Source: Pseudolysinimonas sp. (lineage in GTDB: Bacteria > Actinomycetota > Actinomycetes > Actinomycetales > Microbacteriaceae). Taken from it: a DNA stretch of 64,000 bases. A program made the position numbers and the translations under genes. Every line of letters starts with the position of its first letter. The first letter of the stretch is position 1. A model generated the notes under the pieces. The model searched no databases. It was not told the origin of the DNA and saw only the letters and a list, made by a program, of their open reading frames with translations. This document shows, piece after piece, positions 1 to 9,628 of the stretch. The DNA is taken from NCBI RefSeq assembly GCF_051954455.1, contig NZ_JBQCHS010000024.1:44122-108121 (forward strand), given 5' to 3'.

Positions 1-1275
<1,275 letters not shown>

Positions 1276-1290
1276 GTTCTCGCACCTTTT

Positions 1291-1346
1291 GCGACGGGAT
1301 CCGTCGCGTTCTTCACCGAGCGCGACGGATCCCGTCGCATTTTCAT
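1291..1346 (+). terminator. Twin palindromic hairpins downstream of secA; the second is followed by a T-rich run
   Basis: gcgacgggatccgtcgc (1291-1307) and its exact reverse complement gcgacggatcccgtcgc (1322-1338), followed by attttcatt. This is the only T-rich tail in the area. Confidence 0.5.
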
Positions 1347-1413
1347 TGTCGGCGATGCCTCTGCGCTGCTAGTTTCTGATCCACCCGAGCGCTCGAACCC
1401 CCAGGAGATCGCG

Positions 1414-2901
1414 ATGAGTCAGGATGCACCCGCCCGCCAGGATCCGCCCCGCGAAGAGCACCACGAGCTGAGGGCCGACGGCATCACCGCCGCCGGCTCG
1501 ATCGTGATGGCCGTCGCCGGCAGCGCTCCGGCCTACTCGATCACCGCGACCACCGCGGTCCTCATCGCCGCGGCGGGACTCGCCAGCCCCGCCGCCCTGC
1601 TCTGGTGCGGGCTGCCGATGCTCGGCATCGCGTGGGCCTTCGCCTACCTCGGCCGTGCCGACGTCAACGCGGGCGCCGCCTACTCGTGGGTGGGGCGCGC
1701 GCTGCACCCGATCCTCGGATTCCTGGCCGGGTGGGCGCTGGTGGTGTCCGCGACGATCTTCATGGTCGCGGGAGCGCTCCCGGCCGGCGCCGCGACCGTC
1801 TCGCTGTTCGACGAGAAGGCGGCGAGCAACACGCTCCTCGTCACCGTGGTCGGCGCGGTCTGGTTCCTCATCATGGCGCTCGCCGTGCTGCTCGGCGTGC
1901 GGGTGACCGCGCGGGCGCAGTGGATCATGTCCACCGTCGAGGTCGCCCTGCTCGTCGTCTTCGGCGTCCTCGCGATCGTGCGGGCCGCGGGCAGCGACCA
2001 CGCCGGACCGTCGTTCGACTGGAGCTGGCTCGGCTTCAGCCACTTCAGCGGCGTCGGCGGGTTCGTCGCGGCGGCGCTCATCGCGGCGTTCTACTACTGG
2101 GGCTGGGACGTGTCGTCGAACCTCAACGAGGAGACCAAGGACGGCCGCAAAGCGGCCGGACGGGGCGGGATCATCGGCGTCATCATCGTCTTCCTGCTGT
2201 TCGAGGTCTTCACGATCGCGGTGCAGGTGCTCCTGCCGGCCAAGGTCATCGCGAAGAGCGACGGCAACATCCTGTCGCTGCTCGGCGACGTGCTGTGGCC
2301 CGGGATCGGCGGCAAGATCCTCGTCATCGCCGTCGCGCTCTCGACGATCGCCACGCTCGAGACGACGCTCATCCAGGTCACCCGGTCGCTGTTCGCGATG
2401 GGACGCGACCACACGATCCCGCTGGTCTTCGGGCGCGCGCACAAGAAGTGGCGCACCCCCGCATTCGCGACGCTCGTCGTCACCGGGGTGTCGATCATCC
2501 TCTTCATCGGGTCGAACTTCCTCGGCAGCGTGGGCGACATCCTCTCCAACGCGGTGTCGTCGATCGGCATCCAGATCGCGTTCTACTACGCGCTGGCCGC
2601 GATCGCGGTGATCGTCGCGTACCGACGCCTGGTGTTCCAGTCGGTGCGGAACTTCATCTTCATCGCGCTCTGGCCGGGACTCGGCGCCGCGTTCATGGTG
2701 TTCGTGTTCGTGGCCGCCATCCCGAACTCGACGCTGCCCGTCATCCTCATCGGCTTCGGCGCGCTCGCGATCGGCGTCATCCCGCTGATCATCTTCTGGC
2801 GCAAGGGGCGGGCCTACTACGGTCGGCGCCCGCTCGAACTGCCGGAGGAGCTGGTCACCAGCCAGATCGACATCTCGTCCAACGACCCCAAGGTCCAGTG
2901 A
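1414..2901 (+). CDS. APC-superfamily amino acid/polyamine permease
   Basis: 495 aa and about 12 hydrophobic segments. The N-terminal pattern (SIVMAVAGSAPAYS...AYLGRADVNAGAAYSWVGRAL) is typical of APC permeases. An aggag SD lies 7 nt before the ATG. Confidence 0.85.
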   Translation: MSQDAPARQDPPREEHHELRADGITAAGSIVMAVAGSAPAYSITATTAVLIAAAGLASPAALLWCGLPMLGIAWAFAYLGRADVNAGAAYSWVGRALHPILGFLAGWALVVSATIFMVAGALPAGAATVSLFDEKAASNTLLVTVVGAVWFLIMALAVLLGVRVTARAQWIMSTVEVALLVVFGVLAIVRAAGSDHAGPSFDWSWLGFSHFSGVGGFVAAALIAAFYYWGWDVSSNLNEETKDGRKAAGRGGIIGVIIVFLLFEVFTIAVQVLLPAKVIAKSDGNILSLLGDVLWPGIGGKILVIAVALSTIATLETTLIQVTRSLFAMGRDHTIPLVFGRAHKKWRTPAFATLVVTGVSIILFIGSNFLGSVGDILSNAVSSIGIQIAFYYALAAIAVIVAYRRLVFQSVRNFIFIALWPGLGAAFMVFVFVAAIPNSTLPVILIGFGALAIGVIPLIIFWRKGRAYYGRRPLELPEELVTSQIDISSNDPKVQ

Positions 2902-2925
2902 GGCGGACCGCGCCGCCGATCGGAC

Positions 2926-3369
2926 TCAGAGCACGCTGATCGCGGTCGCGCGCCAGCGGCGGTCGAGGCCCTCGAGGCGGATCGCCACGGCGCGCGACCG
3001 GGCGCGGTTGTGGACGACGACGACCGCCTCGACGACGCCGTCGCGCGGCTCGCACACCCGCACCGACCCGAGCGTGAAGGCGGGACGCTGCGGCGCCTGA
3101 CCCTTCGCGTGCCGAGCGCGAGCGGCGAGCACGACCCGCTTCAGCAGCACGCGGTAGACGTCGTCGCTGACCCAGCGGGCGATCTGCTCCAGGTCGCGGG
3201 CGCCGGCGAGGATCTCGACGACGCAGCGCGTGAGGTTCTCGAGCAGGGGCGCGGGGTCGGGGAGGGTGCGGGTCGAGGCGGGCTGGCGCCCGAAGTACTC
3301 CTCGGTGTCGAGCCGCGCATAGGCGCGGTGGACGTTGCGGTCGATGGCCCCCACGACAGCCGTGCTCAT
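2926..3369 (-). CDS. Conserved actinobacterial protein, Rv3235-like (usually found near secA)
   Basis: High-GC3 ORF. I chose the internal ATG at 3369 (MSTAVVGAIDR...). The C-terminal pattern (VCEPRDGVVEAVVVVHNRARSRAVAIRLEG) and the position next to secA match the Rv3235 family as I remember it. Confidence 0.55.
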   Translation of the reverse strand: MSTAVVGAIDRNVHRAYARLDTEEYFGRQPASTRTLPDPAPLLENLTRCVVEILAGARDLEQIARWVSDDVYRVLLKRVVLAARARHAKGQAPQRPAFTLGSVRVCEPRDGVVEAVVVVHNRARSRAVAIRLEGLDRRWRATAISVL

Positions 3370-3512
3370 GCATCCCCCTGCGATCGCTCCGAAAATGGCC
3401 CCCGTACGGGGGTGGTGACACCTAAGCACGACTCATCTCTCGATGTCGAGGGGGAGATCTCCCCTGTGGAGAATCAGGCGGGCGACCCCGGGGCGGTGGA
3501 TACGGTCACCGC

Positions 3513-4082
3513 GTGCGGTGGGACGATCTCTTCGCCGACCTCGAGGGTCAGCTGGAGCAGGGCCTCGGCGCCGAGGACCTCGACCTCGCCGCCGAGGAGG
3601 AGCGCCTGCGCCTCGGCCGCCTGGGGCTGCGCGATCGCCTCGCCGCCCTGGCGGGAGAGGAGCTCGCGCTGGAGCTGCGCGACGGCTCGCGACTGCCGCT
3701 CCGCATCGAGACCATCGGCCGGGACTGGGTCTCGGGCATGGCGGCGGAGAGCCGTGGACGCTCCTGCGTCGTGCCGATCGACGCCGTCGCGGCGATCCTG
3801 CCCGGACCGGACCTCGTCCCGGCGTCGCTCGCGGGCCAGGACGAGCACCCCGACGCGCTCTCGCGGCGTCTCGGCCTCCCGTTCGTGCTCCGCGACCTCT
3901 GCCGCCGTCGCAGCCCGGTCGCCGTGACGACGACCACGCGGGCGCTGCACGGCACCATCGACCGGGTCGGGCGCGATCATCTCGACCTCGCCGAGCACGA
4001 TCCGGGGGAGCCGCGACGCGCCGCAGCGGTCCGCTCGATCCGCATCCTGCCGTTCTCCGTGATCCTGCTGGTGCGGTTCTGA
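3513..4082 (+). CDS. Hypothetical conserved protein
   Basis: 189 aa, GTG start, good GC3 bias, and competing frames are Arg/Pro junk. I recognise no domain. Confidence 0.55.
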   Translation: MRWDDLFADLEGQLEQGLGAEDLDLAAEEERLRLGRLGLRDRLAALAGEELALELRDGSRLPLRIETIGRDWVSGMAAESRGRSCVVPIDAVAAILPGPDLVPASLAGQDEHPDALSRRLGLPFVLRDLCRRRSPVAVTTTTRALHGTIDRVGRDHLDLAEHDPGEPRRAAAVRSIRILPFSVILLVRF

Positions 4083-4088
4083 CCCCGG

Positions 4089-4349
4089 TCAGCGGTCGAT
4101 GAACAGCTCCGGGACGTCGGTGAACTCGGCCTGACGCCAGAGGCCGCTACGACGGCTCTCCTCGTACTTCGCGGCGATGTAGTCCTCGAGCCGGTCCCGC
4201 TCGATCCGCCAGTGGCCGCCGCCCACCTTGATCGCCGGCAGCTCGCCCGAGCGCACCAGACCGTAGGCCTGGCCGGCGGACACGTTGAGGATCTCCGCGA
4301 CATCGGCCAGCGTGAGGAAGCGGCCGAGCGCGCCATCGGATCCCGTCAT
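4089..4349 (-). CDS. Small helix-turn-helix (excisionase/MerR-type) DNA-binding protein
   Basis: The internal ATG at 4349 gives an 86 aa protein. FLTLADVAEILNVSAGQAYGLVRSGELPAIKVGGGHWRIERDRLEDYI is a classic excisionase-family HTH. Confidence 0.75.
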   Translation of the reverse strand: MTGSDGALGRFLTLADVAEILNVSAGQAYGLVRSGELPAIKVGGGHWRIERDRLEDYIAAKYEESRRSGLWRQAEFTDVPELFIDR

Positions 4350-4437
4350 GGCTCCGATTATGGGCGGCGGGGGTGAGCCGCAGCGGGTGTGTGGATAACT
4401 CGCGGAGCCCGGTCGCTGTGCGGGTGAGCATGTCGCC

Positions 4438-5109
4438 ATGACCGACACCGCCTCCGCACCCCCGCTGCGTCGCCGGCCGTTCGCCGACCCGCGTCTGCTC
4501 GTGGGCCTGCTGCTCGTCGCCGCCTCGATCGCCGCGACGGCGGGCATCGTCGCCGCCGTCGACCGCCGCGTGCAGGTGTACGCCGCCGCCGGGCCTCTCG
4601 AGCCCGGGCAGCGGATCGCGGCCTCCGACCTCGTGTCCCGCGGTGTCGCGCTCGACGGATCCGACTCCCTCTACCTCGGCGTCGGCGACGTGCCCCGCGG
4701 AGGTCTCGTCGTGACCCGCGCCGTCGCGCAGGGCGAGCTCGTCCCGGCTGCGTCGGTCGGACGCACGAGCGATGTGGATGCAACCTCGCTCGTCCTGCGC
4801 GTCGCGACCCGGGTCAGCGCCGCGGTCAAGCCGGGAGCGTCGATCGACGTCTGGTCGTCCGCCGCACCGGACCCCGGCGCGACCACCGGCGACGACGCTC
4901 CGGCGACCGCGCCGCCGACGGTGCTCGTCGCCGGCGCGACCGTCGTGCGGGTGCTCGACGAGCAGCAGGCGCTCGCGGTCGACCGCGACGGCAGCGCGGT
5001 CGAGGTCCGACTCCCGCGCGCGCGGGTGGCGCGGGTGCTCGCCGCGCTCGCGGCCGGCGACCAGCTCGCGATCGTGCCGGCCGGCCTCGGGCTGGGGTGG
5101 GGATCGTGA
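4438..5109 (+). CDS. SAF-domain / CpaB(RcpC)-like membrane-anchored protein
   Basis: An N-terminal TM segment (LLVGLLLVAASIAATAGIVAAV) is followed by a SAF-like segment (PLEPGQRIAASDL). The architecture resembles Flp-pilus CpaB. Confidence 0.6.
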   Translation: MTDTASAPPLRRRPFADPRLLVGLLLVAASIAATAGIVAAVDRRVQVYAAAGPLEPGQRIAASDLVSRGVALDGSDSLYLGVGDVPRGGLVVTRAVAQGELVPAASVGRTSDVDATSLVLRVATRVSAAVKPGASIDVWSSAAPDPGATTGDDAPATAPPTVLVAGATVVRVLDEQQALAVDRDGSAVEVRLPRARVARVLAALAAGDQLAIVPAGLGLGWGS

Positions 5110-6350
5110 CCGACGTCGCCCTCGCGCTGCCGCTCGCCGAGGAGGAGACGCTCGCCGCCGATGCGGCCCGGCACGGGCATCGGATCGTCGCGCGCTGCTC
5201 GGGTGGCGACGAGCTCGCCACCCGGCTGGCTGCCGCCGACCCGGAGCTCGTCGTATGCGGCGCGGCACCGCAGTATCTGAGTCCGCGCCTCCTCGACGCC
5301 TGCGATCGACGCGGTGTGCGGCTCGTCGCCCTGGCGGCGGGGCCGACCGAGCGTCGGCAGGCCGCCGTGCTGGGGTTGGTCGACGTGCTCGAGGCTCCGG
5401 CCGGGTGGGAGGCGATCGTCCCGTCGACGGGCGGCCGAGCCGTCGACCTCGCGGGCGCCGACCCGGCCGAGGAGATCCTCGTGCGACCGGTCGGCCGGGC
5501 GCCGGAGCGCGGGCGCGTGATCGCGGTCTGGGGTCCGGCGGGCGCTCCGGGGCGCACCTCCGTCGCGATCGCGCTCGCCGCCGAGTTCGCGCTGCGGGGC
5601 AGCAAGGTCGCGCTCGCCGACGCCGACACGCACGGCGCCGCCATCGCGCCCGCGCTCGGTCTCCTCGACGAGGCGCCCGGATTCGCCGCGGCGTGCCGGC
5701 TCGTCGCCGGGGGCGCTCTCACCAACGCCGAGCTCGACCGCATCGCGCAGCCGCACGGCACCGGGACCCTCCGCGTGCTGACCGGGATCGGGCGGGCGAG
5801 CCGCTGGCCGGAGCTCGGGGCCGACCGCGTCGAGGGTGTGCTCGCGGCGCTCCGCGAGTGGGCGCCGGTGACCGTCGTCGACACCGCGGCGAGCCTCGAG
5901 GAGGACGAGGAGCTCTCAAGCGACCTCGTCGCCCCGCGCCGCAATGCCGCGACCCTCGCGGCGCTCCGGGCCGCGGATCGCGTCGTCGCGGTCGCGTCGG
6001 CCGACCCCGTCGGCCTCGCCCGCTATCTGCGCGTGCACGCCGATCTGCTCGAGCTGGTCGGACCGGACCGCGTCGTCACCGTCGTCAACAAGGTGCGGGC
6101 GAGCGCCATCGGCCTCGGCCCCGCGGCGCAGGTCCGGCAGACGCTCGCGCGGTTCGGCGGGGTCCGCGATCCGCTGCTGGTGCCCTGGGACCTCGCCGCC
6201 TTCGACGCCGCGCTGCTGAGCGGACGCCCCGTCGGCGAGGCGGCGCCCCGCTCCGCGGCGAGCGCGGCGATCCGCGAACTGGCCGATCGGCTCGCGCCGG
6301 ATCCGGCCCCCGCCGTCCGGCGCCCGCGGAGGTTCCGCCGCGCGTCCTGA
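5097..6350 (+). CDS. CpaE/TadZ-like (MinD/ParA superfamily) P-loop ATPase with an N-terminal receiver-like domain
   Basis: The GTG start overlaps the upstream stop. It has a deviant Walker A (VWGPAGAPGRTSVAIALA), followed by ADADTHGAAIAPALGL. Confidence 0.7.
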   Translation: MGIVTDVALALPLAEEETLAADAARHGHRIVARCSGGDELATRLAAADPELVVCGAAPQYLSPRLLDACDRRGVRLVALAAGPTERRQAAVLGLVDVLEAPAGWEAIVPSTGGRAVDLAGADPAEEILVRPVGRAPERGRVIAVWGPAGAPGRTSVAIALAAEFALRGSKVALADADTHGAAIAPALGLLDEAPGFAAACRLVAGGALTNAELDRIAQPHGTGTLRVLTGIGRASRWPELGADRVEGVLAALREWAPVTVVDTAASLEEDEELSSDLVAPRRNAATLAALRAADRVVAVASADPVGLARYLRVHADLLELVGPDRVVTVVNKVRASAIGLGPAAQVRQTLARFGGVRDPLLVPWDLAAFDAALLSGRPVGEAAPRSAASAAIRELADRLAPDPAPAVRRPRRFRRAS

Positions 6351-6419
6351 GCCCCGTCCCGGGCCGCCCGGCATCGGGACCGACGCGGCGACCGTCCGGC
6401 CGCGCCTAGGCTGGATCGC

Positions 6420-7910
6420 ATGTCGACCCTCTCGGAGCTGGCGGTCGCGCAGGGACGCACGGACGCCGACGTCGAGTGGCTGCACCTGCTGGTCGCCGAC
6501 GGTCAGCTCATCGCCGACCTCGCGTTCGCCGACGTCGTGCTCTGGCTGCCCGCCTCCGACGGGGGGTTCATCGCGGCCGCCCACTCCCGGCCGTCGTCGG
6601 CGGCGACCCTCTTCTACCGCGACTTCGTGGGCCAGCCCATCAAGCCGGAGTGGCGGCAGCAGGTCTCCGACGCGTTCGCGACCGGCGAGATCATCGACAC
6701 GGCCGCGCCCGACTGGTACGAGGAGACGCCCACGCGCGTGCGCGCCGTGCCGGTCATGCGCCGGCTCTCGGCGAGCGACGCGGAGACCACGCACACCCCG
6801 ATCGCGGTGCTCACCCGGCACAGCAACCTGAGTGAGGCGCGCACGCCGAGCCGGCAGGAGTTGACCTTCAACCAGTGCGCGAACGACCTGTTCGCGATGA
6901 TCGCGTCGGGCGACTTCCCCGACCTCGGGGCGCCGTCCGGTCCGCGTCGCGGGGCCCCGCGTGCGGCCGACGGCCTCATCCGCCTCGACGTCGACGGGGT
7001 GGTCACCTTCGCGAGCCCCAACGGGCTCTCCGCCTTCAACCGCATGGGATTCCAGGGCGAGCTCGAGGGGGAGTCGCTGGCCGAGGTGACGACCCAGCTC
7101 CTGCAGGGCAAGCTCATCGTCGACGAGTCCCTGCCGCTCGTCGTCACCGGGCGCGCGCCGTGGCGCACCGACATCGAGGCGCGCGGCGTCACGGTGACGC
7201 TCCGCACGATCCCGATCCGCCACCACGAGGAGCGGGTCGGGGCGATCGTCCTGGTCCGCGACGTCACGGAGGTGCGGCACCAGGAGCAGGAGCTCATCAC
7301 CAAGGACGCGACGATCCGCGAGATCCACCACCGCGTCAAGAACAACCTGCAGACCGTGGCGTCGCTGCTGCGCATCCAGTCGCGTCGCGCGCACAGCGAC
7401 ACCGCTCGCGAGGCGCTGACCCAGGCGATGCGCCGGGTCGCGGCCATCGCCGTCGTGCACGACACCCTCAGCCAGGGGCTCAGCCAGAACGTCGACTTCG
7501 ACGACGTGTTCGACCGCGTGCTCATGCTCATCGCCGAGGTCGCGTCGACGCACAACACGACCGTCCACCCGACGAAGAAGGGCAGCTTCGGCGTGCTGCC
7601 GAGCGAGTACGCGACGCCGCTCGCGCTCGCGCTCACCGAACTCGTCACGAACGCCGTCGAGCACGGGCTGGCCGGGCGCGACGGCACCGTGGAGATCTCC
7701 GCCAAGCGGCGCGACGATCAGCTGATCGTCAAGGTGCGCGATGACGGTGTCGGACTGCCCGAGGGGCAGGTCGGATCGGGGCTCGGCACGCAGATCGTGC
7801 GCACCCTCATCCAGGGCGAGCTCGGCGGCACCATCGACTGGCACACCCTCGAGGGCGAGGGCACCGAAGTCACGATCGAGGTGCCGACCCTCTGGATGAC
7901 GCGCAGCTGA
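6420..7910 (+). CDS. pdtaS: PdtaS-like cytoplasmic sensor histidine kinase (GAF-PAS-HisKA_2-HATPase)
   Basis: ITKDATIREIHHRVKNNLQTVASLLRIQSRRA (the H-box of the HWE/HisKA_2 type), plus FIRLDVDGVVTFASPNGLSAFNRMG, nearly identical to mycobacterial PdtaS as I recall it. It sits next to whiB1, as in M. tuberculosis. Confidence 0.85.
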   Translation: MSTLSELAVAQGRTDADVEWLHLLVADGQLIADLAFADVVLWLPASDGGFIAAAHSRPSSAATLFYRDFVGQPIKPEWRQQVSDAFATGEIIDTAAPDWYEETPTRVRAVPVMRRLSASDAETTHTPIAVLTRHSNLSEARTPSRQELTFNQCANDLFAMIASGDFPDLGAPSGPRRGAPRAADGLIRLDVDGVVTFASPNGLSAFNRMGFQGELEGESLAEVTTQLLQGKLIVDESLPLVVTGRAPWRTDIEARGVTVTLRTIPIRHHEERVGAIVLVRDVTEVRHQEQELITKDATIREIHHRVKNNLQTVASLLRIQSRRAHSDTAREALTQAMRRVAAIAVVHDTLSQGLSQNVDFDDVFDRVLMLIAEVASTHNTTVHPTKKGSFGVLPSEYATPLALALTELVTNAVEHGLAGRDGTVEISAKRRDDQLIVKVRDDGVGLPEGQVGSGLGTQIVRTLIQGELGGTIDWHTLEGEGTEVTIEVPTLWMTRS

Positions 7911-8029
7911 CGCGGCGCGTCACGGCATCCACCCACGGGTGCGACGAATCGCACGGGAGCATCGGAGTGGCCGCCGAGGCGCTGCGGAACGGTCGCGCGG
8001 AGGCGCGATCCGAGCGCTCCGGTGCGGGG

Positions 8030-8278
8030 TCAGCTGGCGCGGCGGGCCCGGGCGGCGCGGCGCTTCAGCGCCCGACGCTCGTCCTCGCTGAGGCCGCCCC
8101 AGACGCCCGAGTCCTGGTTCGTCTCGAGGGCGTACTGGAGGCACTGCTCGGTGACGGAGCAGCGGGCGCACACGGCCTTGGCCTGGTCGATCTGGTCGAC
8201 GGCGGGGCCGGTGTTGCCGACGGGGAAGAACAGCTCGGGGTCTGCAGCGAGGCAGGCGGCCTTGTCACGCCAATCCAT
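8030..8278 (-). CDS. whiB1: WhiB1-like Fe-S transcription factor
   Basis: The internal ATG at 8278 gives MDWRDKAACLAADPELFFPVGNTGPAVDQIDQAKAVCARCSVTEQCLQYALETNQDSGVWGGLSEDERRALKRR. This has four Cys plus the GVWGG turn and basic tail. Confidence 0.9.
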   Translation of the reverse strand: MDWRDKAACLAADPELFFPVGNTGPAVDQIDQAKAVCARCSVTEQCLQYALETNQDSGVWGGLSEDERRALKRRAARARRAS

Positions 8279-8474
8279 GTGGTGCTCCTCTGTGTTGCTC
8301 TGACGCGAGCGCACGGCATGGATTCGTGGTTGCGGCCGCGCGCAGCTGAAGGGAATCCGTAGATTTGGGGGATTAGTCTGCGGACTCACCTACCGCGTTG
8401 TAGGCGTCACATCAACCGCCACCAGAGTTTCATACTTGTTACGGCGAATCAATAGTTTCGAATAGGACGACCCT

Positions 8475-8879
8475 GTGAACCGACCCCGCCGTCCGCCCCT
8501 CCTCTGGGTGCTCGTGGGCCTCCTGACGGTCGAGTTCCTGCTCGTCGCGGGCCTCACGGTGCTGCTCGCGGTGTCGCTCGCCGACGGCGGCGCGGGAAGT
8601 CTGGCGAGCGGTGTCGCCCTGACCGTCATCGCCGCGATCGCCGCGATCTGGTTGGGGGCGATGGTCGTGGGGGCGTTCCGCGGTCAGGCGTGGATCCGGG
8701 CGGCGGCCGTGGTCTGGCAGGTCATCCAGATCGCGGTCGGCGTCGGCTCGCTGCTCGGGGCTCTCGCCCAGCCGTGGATCGGATGGCCGCTGACGATCGT
8801 CGGCGTCGGCGCGTTCGTCCTCCTCTTCACACCGTCGGTGGTCGATGCGACCCGGCGCCGCGACGACGCCGCCATGTGA
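8475..8879 (+). CDS. Integral membrane protein, unknown function
   Basis: 134 aa, four hydrophobic helices, GTG start, good GC3. Confidence 0.55.
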   Translation: MNRPRRPPLLWVLVGLLTVEFLLVAGLTVLLAVSLADGGAGSLASGVALTVIAAIAAIWLGAMVVGAFRGQAWIRAAAVVWQVIQIAVGVGSLLGALAQPWIGWPLTIVGVGAFVLLFTPSVVDATRRRDDAAM

Positions 8880-9356
8880 CTAGGCCGCGAGTCCGAGCTT
8901 CTTGCGCAGCGCCGCGACGTGACCGGTGGCCCGCACGTTGTACTGCGCGAGCTGGATGCGGCCGTCCTCGTCGATCACGAACGTCGAGCGGATGACGCCC
9001 ACGACCGTCTTGCCGTACATCGACTTCTCGCCCCACACGCCGTAGGCCTCGTGGACCGCGCGGTCGGGGTCGCTGAGGAGCGGGAAGGTCAGGTGCTCCT
9101 CCTCGGCGAACCTCTTGTTCTTGGCCGGTTGGTCGCGCGAGACGCCGAGCACGGCGTAGCCGGCCGCCGCGAGCGAGCCGAGGCTGTCGCGGAAGTCGCA
9201 GGCCTCCTTCGTGCAGCCCGGCGTCGACGCCTCGGGGTAGAAGTACAGGATCACCTTGCGCCCGCGAAGGTCGGCGAGCGCGACCTCGTCGCCGGCCTGG
9301 TCGACGAGGGTGAAGTCGGGGGCGATGTCGCCCGGCTCGAGGCGTGATGCGGCCAT
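8880..9356 (-). CDS. bcp: Thioredoxin-dependent thiol peroxidase (Bcp / peroxiredoxin Q)
   Basis: GDIAPDFTL...KVILYFYPEASTPGCTKEACDFRD contains the PxxxTxxC peroxiredoxin motif. Confidence 0.9.
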   Translation of the reverse strand: MAASRLEPGDIAPDFTLVDQAGDEVALADLRGRKVILYFYPEASTPGCTKEACDFRDSLGSLAAAGYAVLGVSRDQPAKNKRFAEEEHLTFPLLSDPDRAVHEAYGVWGEKSMYGKTVVGVIRSTFVIDEDGRIQLAQYNVRATGHVAALRKKLGLAA

Positions 9357-9404
9357 GTTCTTCTCCTGTTAGAGTTGATCCCCGGCCCAGTCAATCAGGG
9401 TCGA

Positions 9405-9480
<76 letters not shown>

Positions 9481-9628
9481 CCCCGGTCTCTTCTGCGCCC
9501 CGTTCGCGAGCTTCGTAACAGAGGTACGCATTCGCGTCGCGCCCGCGGACGTCGTGCGAGCCTGTCTGCACTCGGGCGGGAGGCTGGTCCCGCCCCGACC
9601 TCGCAGGTCGGAAGGCGTGAACAGGATC

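Noticed and set aside
8279-8474. CRP/Cmr-type binding site (TGTGA-N6-TCACA) in the AT-richer whiB1 upstream region
   Set aside because: Only a half-site (gTCACAt) is present. The best partner half (cgttg) matches poorly, so I treat the region as a promoter only, not a defined operator.
9481-9628. Possible SAM riboswitch (S-box or SAM-IV) in the leader of the metY-like gene
   Set aside because: The leader has two GC hairpins, but I could not find the conserved SAM-I or SAM-IV core elements (for example the GCAACC/GGUGC-type segments) by eye. A covariance-model scan is needed before making any claim.
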